From NCBI GenBank assembly GCA_964200185.2, contig CAXNAD020000075.1:1-32112 (forward strand): 32,112 nucleotides of DNA. Reading direction: 5' to 3'. The number at the start of each line of letters is the position of its first letter. Positions within the stretch are counted from its first letter, which is position 1. The position numbers were made by a program, and so were the translations under genes. Shown here in pieces: positions 1-9,331 of this stretch. The stretch comes from Choristocarpus tenellus KU-1152. Taxonomy: Eukaryota > Protista > Phaeophyceae. The notes beneath the pieces were generated by a model. That model was not told where the DNA came from, did not search any database, and saw only the letters and a list, made by a program, of their open reading frames with translations.

Positions 1-622
1 AAACAAAAAAAATTAATCTTCCTTTTTTATAATAATTATTCTAAACCCCCCCCCCCCCCCCCCTCCTGTGTACACACATGTGATCAAGGCAAGTGACGAT
101 GCGATGGAGACAAAAGTCAAGGCAAGTGACTACAAATGCCGTACCAATGTGGTGTACAATCCCAGACAAGAAAAAAAATGTTTGATTGAAGAAAACACAG
201 TTATATTCCAGTCCAAACCGGCGGTGAGAATCTGTTGGTACTCTGAAGTGACACTATTGGTCCCATGAATGGGGAGGAAAGAGCACATGGCTAGGAAAAG
301 TCAATGTCCTTACCAAAATCTGAGTCAAAGGTGCAGAGGCAAAGAGATAGTCAAGAAGAAATATGTGCACAATTGTCTTTTCTATGAAAAGATATGCACA
401 ATATTCTTCAAAGCACAACATCACACCATTTTTTTTGCTTGAAAGCAACATCAGAACTACTGTGCAGTATGATCCTGTTACTCCTAAAAAACAAACAAAC
501 CATCAATTCCCCAAGCGCTCGTCTACCCTATACCCTCACTACAAAATAGCCCAATCAAAGCAGCCTAAGGAAGCCTGCGATTGGTTCACAGACTCTGAGG
601 GGATGAGGAAATTGAGGGACAC

Positions 623-3600
623 CTTGAGCAGGGTCTCATTGCTGCACCCAAGCATGCCGAATTCTTCCTTTCCCCAGGTGTACACACATCCCTCTTCAGT
701 GACGGCTGCTGTGTGGAACCCGCCGCATGCCACTGACACCTGTTGCATATTTTCATTTATTTTCACATTAAAAAAAAAAATTAAAGCAAAAAAACAACAA
801 CACAAAGCATTCAGGTTGTACCATGGCAACATACGGCATATCCAAGTACATCCGCAACTCTCAGGAAGGGTGAGCAAATACCGGGAGGTAATTAAGGCAG
901 AATAAGACAGGACCGTGGATCAGGAGGATTGGGAGTTCTAACGCCTACCGTGCGTTTCCCATCCAACGGTCCCATCACCAGACTGGGCCATTCCACTCCC
1001 ATGACATGGGCTGCAGTTTCGTGTATCCACTCATAGCCAATGCCCAGCTGTCCGCTGTCTGCCCTTCCCCAGCAGTATACCTCCCCCTGTAGTTACGCCA
1101 GTCCAGTATGAATGTGTGTGTGTGTGTGTGTGTGTATGCATGTGTCACGAACAGGCAACAGGGTAAAATTCGCCTACTTAACCACTTCGAACAATTGCTA
1201 ACCCAGCTGGAGAAGAGGGTAAGGGTTACGGAAAATGTTGCTTGTGTTTCCAAGTGCCCAATAAGAAAAGGCAAGAAAACAGAGAGGGGAAACATTGCAC
1301 TTCTTTTCCCCTCCACATCTTGATTCCAAACTAACCATCTCTTCAACAGTATTATCAATACTTTTGCCATCATCACATGATTTGGTCAGCTAGCTTCAGG
1401 AAACGCAAATATGAAAAAGAAAGTTAAGGACCCCCTAGCTCCTGGACGTAACTGCCCATACTTAACACATAACAATGGTAAAGGTCCACTAGAAGGGAGT
1501 TTAACTCTCTCCAGTACCTCTCGGCCATTAGATCCATCCTGAAATTAAGATTGGGCACAACTCATGGTCTTGGCTATTACACCCACCTTACTCAAATCTA
1601 CACCATTTTCCGCACATAGTCCCTTCATCCCCTAGGATAAAAATTCACATTGTCTTGCTTATGTGCCCCTTTCTAGTTTCGCTCCAGTAACCAAAAGGTG
1701 CAAACGCCCTTATTGCTTCATGCCTAAGGAAACTGGGACCAAGAACAGACAAGAAGTGGATGCTGCTACTAATACTTGAGAAATAAGGTAAGCGATGCCA
1801 AACATTGCACACTCAGTTCACACAGGGACAACGCCTGCACCAGTTTTAAGCCCCATGTCAGGGGTCAGACCAAGAGCTGGAAGATTACCATCCACTCTAT
1901 GGAGCATCCCTGCTGGCCATCTATTTGTTCAACCCCTGGCAGTGGTATCAGCCCAGACTCTGTTCCTCACCCCTAAAACTGACCTCGTCTCTGACCTCAA
2001 GACCACCATGACCTATAAATGCACACTTCAAAACACTATCAAGACAATCCCAAGTGGCCATAGTGTGAACAGACAAACCCCCCACATAAACATGATTCAC
2101 AGGATCTTTGGTCACCAAATTGACCAACCCAGGCAAAGCAGTAGTTTTCCGGGAGTGTTCTTGTTTTCATGAATTGTGCCTCATTAGTCACCAGTTGGGT
2201 GTAACTGCTGATAGGATCCAAATAGCAACGTTGAGATATTTTAAGTCTCTGGCCAATAGGGGGCCCACTAGGTGTTGGGCTTTTAAGTTCTCTAGCACAG
2301 GGATTCAACTGCCCCAACCTTTCAATAATAGCATAACTAGAAACATATCAACATGGTTACTAACACCTTATCAGGCGAATATATCAGGTCACAAGACGCA
2401 GGTCAACTTCCAACAAACGCTGCCAGGGCATGGAATAGCGAATCTAACAAATGCATCAACCAAAAACCAAGAACCAGTCACCCACAAAAATGCCAGCAAC
2501 AACATTAGACAATAGCTAGACCCTCCAAGAAAACCAACAACAGCATTAACCAGAGTTGAAGCTTGCACACTGGTGGTGAGCTCAAGTAATCAGCAGAGTA
2601 AGTGCAGGACACACCATATCTATAGTTGTAGCGCAGCTTTGCTGTACTGTTTCCAGCAAAACCCCGCAGGGGGCGCATGGAACCTTTAGAAAAAGCAGAA
2701 CCTGTCCCTACCCTACTTAGTTAGCCTTCAACACAAAATTGATTCACGGCTAACCATAATACGTAGGCATTGTGGTTATTGTTCCGTTTTTGTTGCGCAT
2801 ACTTCCGCATAATCTAGACAGTCGGACCTTTGCTGACAACTACAATTCACTTCAAGTAGTGTAATGAGGTAGCTCAAGTGATGAGCTACAAGCACTAAAC
2901 AGAGCAATAAGTGTCAGGACCTCCCCCCCCACCCCCTCCCCTCTCCGTTTCAAATACAAATACCTTAGGAGTAACAGCAGCCGTGGTCAATCCCCCCCAA
3001 CCGACCGCAGTCACCACAAAGGGCTTCGTTGGGGAATTTGGCACCTGAAAAACAAGTTAAGAAACACACAAGCGTTTGCGTTTCTTACCGTCTTACGTAA
3101 TGCCTTTCCTTTTCCACTTACAAAAAAAGGACAAAATTTGTTTACACCTCCCGGGAATAAAATGTTAACATCATGGAACATTGAACATCATGCAACATTG
3201 CACATCATACAACCATCATGCAGTGTTACAGTGGATGTCCTTGAAGAAAAATCAAACGTATACTAGGTAGGAAAGAGCAAACAAATCCAAGCAAATAATT
3301 GATACAAAAGCGCAGCACATCTCTCCCCTTTACACACTCACAGAGTGTACCAAAAAAAAAAACACCGAACATTCTCAAAGTTGTTAAAAAATAAATAAAT
3401 AGCAAGCTTCACTATAGGAGCACAAGCACCACTGCATGCAGAGGGGGAGGGGAATCAATGGAGCCTTGTGGGGAGAGGAGAGTCAGGGCCCTCAACAAAC
3501 AATAAAGGAACAAGTACTCTCAAGTACTCAGATATACAATCTAAATACTATATCCTGTAGTAGTAAATGTGCAAAAAAAGATGAAGAGCTGCTTTAAATC

Positions 3601-6600
3601 AAGATTTCCCTTGAAAACGCCTCCTGGATGGCAAAAATTGGAGTTTGTACAAGAAAAGAAAAGAAAACCAATCCTCCCTCCCTCCTCCCAGCATAAGTGA
3701 TGAAAGATCTCTTGACATAAGAGATGGGAAAAATGTGTGAATGTAATCCTACAACCCATGCTTCACACATACGCATTCCAGGCACATTTCCTTTCATCGC
3801 AGGGGTTAGGGTTAGGGTTTGATTATCAAGACAGGCAGTTGCTGATGGACGGTCTGTTCAGTATCAAGTGCTCATCGCATGACACTTTCTAAGGCGGGTG
3901 TGGCTATCGCTATAAGCAAATGCAATACTCCTATGCAACAAGTGTGAGAAGAACAAGACCCTACAGAAAAACACCCTGCGGTGGGGACCCTAGCCCTGAC
4001 CTTGAAAAACATGCAATGGTATTGAGAGACACACAGAAAATACGCTATTGAACAGGGGCCACACGGAAATATGCCCAGATATTTGTGTATCCTATGCAAG
4101 GTTTCTGACAACCGTACAAGAGGTGACTTGTTTTAACACAGGTGAACACATCCCAATGTTCTCACTGCACACAAGAATTCAAATATAAATCTTACATACT
4201 TTTTACTCCCCCAGAGTACAGGAGCCTCCAAGCCCCTACCTAGAGACCCCCAAGCCGCCTGTAAGTTTCCCATGGAGTCCCCCAACCATCGGCATCCCCT
4301 CTAATGGCCCATGATTTCTCATTGTCTCAAATCAATTCTGGGGGGGGTGGGGGGGTGGGGCATCGAAGCTACTATTAAAGATTAGTGAAAAGCATGTCAA
4401 AATTTGTCCTGGGGGATGTGCGTTGTATCGCTGTTCAAACTTTAGATAAAAATAAAACACAACACAGTAATACTGGTACACAAACTATATTTCCGGGTAG
4501 AGGGATCAGCCTTCTTGCCACAACACACCCCATACACAAGAAACAATAACACAATCCCGCAAAGGGTTGTGTTATTAACGCTTCTCCTTGATCACTGGCA
4601 CCAGCCCCCCCTTCCCTCAATCACCCCTCCTAAACCCCACAGATCCCGGTCTTCCCCTAAACCTCGCCAACCTAACATATATATATATATATTGTAAAAA
4701 CAGGGAAAAAAGAAAGCCACTCACTGAAGGTCGGCCGCTTGCCCTTGTAAGAAGTTTGGCCCTTACTACTCGAGGAGAAGGCGGAGTTTCTTCTGCATTC
4801 CCTCCATTTCCTTTCTCCACCAGTGGCACCAGGGCACCATCTGGGGGCATCATTACCATTCCAGGCACTGTTAATATGCCCTGTGCCATTACACCTGGAC
4901 CAAGACCAAGCTATCACAACAGCATTTTATCATTTTTGTGAACACATTGTTGGCAGTGTTGGAGACAGAGGGGGATAGCGAAGATTTTTTTAAGTTTGTT
5001 AGGTTGGGTATAGCATTACAACATCATCCCACACCACATGCAAAATCGCAAAACCTAATCAAAAATACTGAGACCTGCAACATATCCAACACATTGTGCA
5101 TAATGGTAAGAGCCTTAAAACCATAGGTACATACATAAATATACCAAAAAAATACATATTTTGAGTGATGTTACAAAACACACAAAGCACTGACAACAAA
5201 TGGGTTATAGGTGTTACACCTCAGGTACATTGAAGCAACACCTCAACACCGACCAATGGCCTGGACACAAGAACGGTTGCACAGTTCCTCAGGAAAAGAA
5301 CAGAAATACCCATCCTCTTTATCACAGACAAAGATGACACTATCAATGCTTCCGTCCAAAATTGTTACACCAGTGGTTAACAACAATGGCATCGTGACAA
5401 ATAGTTGAATTTGACACAAACTCAGGACAGGGGGCAACTTCACATTTTGTCCATTCAACTATTAATACTAACACTATAATAGTCACTAAACATTATAGAT
5501 AATAATATACTAGTAGATATATACATCTCAAATCTAAAAATATCACAGATTGGAAAAATGCAAAGATTAGTAGAGATAGGAAACCTTCCAGGAAGAGAGC
5601 ACATGTGGCAAGAATGTCATGAACAGACTGTTCTGTTGTACATGTCACTTTTCACATTGATTTGTGTTGCCAATGATATGCTGAAAACTATCAACTCTCA
5701 ACATAACCCACCATTTGCTATGGCAGCAAGTGGGATCCAGCACTATCAACAAAGCTATTGTGATGATCTTATACCCCGGGGAGTCAGGGGGGGGCATGAA
5801 CCATGCTGACACGATGGTTCAAGGGGGCCAGCACACCTTTGTCAGAGCCTGGCGAAGCACATACAGCCCTTTATACTCAGTGGTGACAATTTCACCATCG
5901 TTTTCAGGGGCAACCTTTTATGCCTGCTTTCTGGCAAAACAGCAACTACGTAGATATTTATTTTTTATTTTTGCAAAGTCAAGAGGAAACCTTCCCTTGT
6001 GTTCTAATGTGGCTCTCACAATGCTGCGGACATCAACAGTAATAAAGTCATAAAAAAATACGTCTATTTGAAAAGGCATTCTGAGCTCAATTTGGTTGTG
6101 AAAAAATACAAAGAAAAAGAAAATGAGGCAACAACAACAACACACTAAAATGCAGCCACAAAACAGTACGCATGATTACAAATGCTACCCATTGCCATGC
6201 TATGTGATAAACAACATACCACAAAGACAGTGTCACGCTAGCACAACTCCCAAAATATCACACAGCATATCGCACCCAACATGCTCAACATATTGCCCAA
6301 CAATACATAGTGAATAATAGGTATGAACACAGTGAACGCCAGCATATAACAATTTGTGTGTGTGTGTGCAAATGATACCAATATTGGGAGGATAGGGAGG
6401 CCGTCAGTTGAATGCATCCTATAGGCCTAGAGTGAAACAAGGAGGTCGTTCTATTGGTCGATGAGTTACTTTTCATCCAAAATGTTGGCTAAGCCCTCTC
6501 TATCTTGTGGTTGCTCCTATGTATTATATTTGTTAACCTACCCAAGATTTTTGAACAAAAAAAAATTCACAGTGCAACATTTGGAAAATGCAATAGTTTT

Positions 6601-8993
6601 TCTTTTCTTTTCCTGCAAGACAAGTATGTTTGTAGGTCTGCAGCCTTTCTTGTACCTCCTTTTCGTTTACATGGTTTCTTTTCCATCCAAGATGTTCAAT
6701 AAGCACCAGAGTAGACCAAAGGGTAACAAGATACACCACCTCTCTCACATTAACTGACCTGGCCATAGCTGCTGCCCCCCCAGCTGTACACTGCTCCTCC
6801 CTCAACAACAGCAGCAGAGTGTATGCCTCCAGCAGAGATTACAGACACCCTCAGAGTATCTGCCCCCCCTATGGCTGGTGCCATACCATTGCTTCCACCC
6901 AGAGACAGGGCCTCAATGATTCTTGGCCGTGCAAGGCTGTGATTATCACCATGTCCAAGCTGAGAAGACGACAGAGCAGGCAGTATTGCCACCCATGTGG
7001 GGAGGAGTGGAAAGGTTGCAGGGATCACTGTTGTCTAAGCAGCTGAGGGAGGTGAGTGGGGGATGTATGTATCCTCATGAGATCCTTATCATTTCTTATT
7101 TTTCTTCTTGGGTGCACTTCTGTTATCACTTACAACTATCAGGAGACAGTTGCCCTACACTGCCTGTCATTCACGTATTGCCTGAGTCCGTCTACTCTAC
7201 AACGTCTGCTGTCTCAAATAGTATTCAACTTAACATCTGTTGTTATGACAATGCTCAGTATCATTTGCTCTAGATCATCTGATGCCGAGCAAATGGTCAA
7301 GCTCATTTGCCCTGTAGCATATATTGTCAACAAAAATGTCTGCAGCCCTTAATTGCTCAACTATTAATTATGCAAGGCAGCCTACTTATATGCTTATCTC
7401 ATGCAATTAGCCTTGACCTTTACATTTTAAATCAGAGAAAGCAAAAAAATGGATCTTTTTGGCAGGAGAAAGAAGTAGCACAAAAAAGGGAAAAATGTCT
7501 TTAGATCATACACATTCAGGACGTCTGTTATTCATGAAACACTCAGGCCCACTATTGCTCCATAACATCCATTGTCCTGGACAACGCTTGAAGTTACGCA
7601 ACTATAGTGTTTGTTGCTTGGCAAAAAATAGTCAACTCATTCTGTTGTGGGGATAATGCTTTGTCATGAGTAACTAGCGTCAGGTTGCATTGTGCAAGCA
7701 CTGGGTAGTTCAAAGTGTGATCAAATCGGATATTAAAAAGTAGGGAAAAAAAGTTTCAAATCTGTAGTAGAGGTATTACAGATACACCTTAGGAGGAGAG
7801 ATTGGCTCCAGGAAACAGGTAGATTGATGGAATCCGAAAACATGACAACTGAAACTATTGTATGTATGACAGTCACTCAAACCGACTCGAATATCATGGA
7901 CTGACAGCAATACTAAATTGCAAATACAAGAACACATTTTGCAGCTTCAATGATACTCTGTCATGCACGCAATAACCCACATGGTAGTGTTTGGATCAGC
8001 AAGAGCAGTGGATCGAGATATATAGTAGAAGAAAGGCAGCAACCCTTTTGCTGAATGATAGAATGAACAACACAGGAGTCTCATGCAGTCCACTGTACGG
8101 TAGTGACATGAGGTGGGCTTTACATCATACCTGGCCACAAGCCCCCCAGCCCCAGCTATAAGCAGCACCTTGCGCACTCATGGCCAACGTATGCCTTGAT
8201 CCGCACGACACCTGCACCACCCTGATGCCTTTCAGCGCTGTACAGATCTCAGGCGACTTCGAGAATGGCTGTTGCATACTCTCCTGGCGGTGCAGGAAGT
8301 GAGGGGAGCGCAAGCATGCGCCATCTTCGCTCTTCTGAGTCATGGAAGGAGTTTTGCATACACAAAACATGCGCATGGGGGGGAGATTTTCCGATTTTGA
8401 TGAGATTATACGGCTGACGATGATGTACTAGTGTTGAGGCATACAATCACGCAACTCAAGGGCCTCACCATGAAAAAACTTTCTCACCGGGGGTCATAGA
8501 GCTTCCTGACGAGACTAAGTAACCCGTAGACAAAGATCTACTCATGTCGCCTCGACGCCGTCGGATTCATAGGGACAACCTATTGTGCGTACCTCGTTTT
8601 GATCGCAATCGTTTTCCTCGTCAATATTCAACTCCCCACATAAGCCAGACACAGTGGGATGATAGAAGCCAAGTTGACCTGTCATGGCAACAAGCACAGA
8701 TGTAAGGGAGGATCTTCATCCATCGGAAAGATTCATGTTCGTTACTAGACAAACCGGTTTCCAAGATTCTCAACGAAGCAGGTAGAGATGAGACAAATTA
8801 TGGACAACACCGAAGGGGATGACAACCTCTAAAGTAAGAAGAGCATAGTGCAGCACCATCGTTCGCCCATCTTACCATCCTCATTATTACCCCAGAGTAG
8901 GACAATATTTGCCGAATAGCGACGAGGGCAGGCTTTGAGACGGTTGACGCCATCCAAGTTCTCTCCTTCTCTTCTCTTCGTTGTAGTATCCAT
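623..8993 (-). CDS. RCC1/BLIP-II repeat (beta-propeller) protein, multi-exon, probably 3'-incomplete in this window
   Basis: Exons (minus): 8993-8876, 8678-8593, 8283-8131, 6959-6759, 4910-4725, 3044-2964, 1086-949, 739-623. All introns are GT-AG with matching phases, giving 360 codons. The spliced product has successive RCC1 repeats: [132 protein letters not shown]. The last donor (AAG|GTGTCC at 623) is weak and the frame stays open to a stop at 539, so the 3' end is uncertain. It has no UVR8 GWRHT motifs. Confidence 0.88.
1113..1134. repeat. (TG)n microsatellite
   Basis: About 11 TG units just upstream of the acceptor of RCC1 exon 1086-949. Confidence 0.85.
3168..3213. repeat. 17-bp degenerate tandem repeat (~2.7 copies)
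   Basis: ACATCATGGAACATTGA / ACATCATGCAACATTGC / ACATCATACAAC. Confidence 0.7.
3804..4001. repeat. ~200-bp intronic segment bounded by inverted telomere-like (TTAGGG) motifs; MITE-like candidate
   Basis: Left GGTTAGGGTTAGGGT (3804-3818). Right ACCCTAGCCCTGACC (3987-4001), whose reverse complement is GGTCAGGGCTAGGGT: a 13/15 match. No clear target-site duplication. Confidence 0.35.
4677..4692. repeat. (AT)n microsatellite
   Basis: About 8 AT units in an RCC1 intron. Confidence 0.8.
5201..5404 (+). mobile_element. Possible decayed Mutator-like (MULE) transposase fragment
   Basis: The frame from 5201 reads ...TVAQFLRKRTEIPILFITDKDDTINASVQNCYTSG*QQWH. This resembles the MULE segment FL..M....P..IITD.D.AI..AI...FP...H..C.WH, with in-frame stops. 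Judged by eye only. Confidence 0.25.
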
Positions 8994-9331
8994 AGAGATA
9001 CAGGGACAAGGGTCGACAAAGACGACCCTGGATTTATACCTTTCGTGCACGAGTCCTACGCAGAGGTAGAAGTAGCGAGATTTTCACGCTATGCCAGGTA
9101 TACAGACCAAAAATTGCAGATGTTGAGGACGATAGACTCCTTGTCTTTCTCACAGGTTTTGGACAAGAACAATGAATGATTCTTGAGAAATGATTCTTGA
9201 GAAATGATCCACATGACGATCCATGTGGCAGGAAACTACACCTCCGGAGGAGCATAGAACCTAAAGGTTACTCTCTTCATCACATCCAACCCTATACTTT
9301 CACCTTGTCCCTGACAAACTCCTAGTTGGAA
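8994..9331. promoter_or_regulatory. Putative bidirectional promoter/5' UTR region shared by the RCC1-repeat gene and OXA1
   Basis: Only 338 bp separate the two divergent start codons (8993 minus, 9332 plus). The region lies within a CpG-rich zone and contains a 14-bp tandem duplication, AATGATTCTTGAGA x2, at 9175-9202. Confidence 0.6.

Noticed and set aside
84-130. Direct repeat TCAAGGCAAGTGAC x2 with a 19-nt spacer (CRISPR-like spacing)
   Set aside because: Only two 14-bp copies, in a eukaryotic intron with no cas genes; a simple local duplication.
363-905. 180-aa plus-strand ORF
   Set aside because: It is antisense to RCC1 exon 739-623 and runs through A-rich intronic sequence; no recognisable domain.
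1948-2136. Kinesin-like resemblance of KDPVNHVYVGGLS
   Set aside because: No P-loop, SSRSH or DLAGSE motifs nearby and no splice structure. Kept only as part of the unidentified decayed insert.
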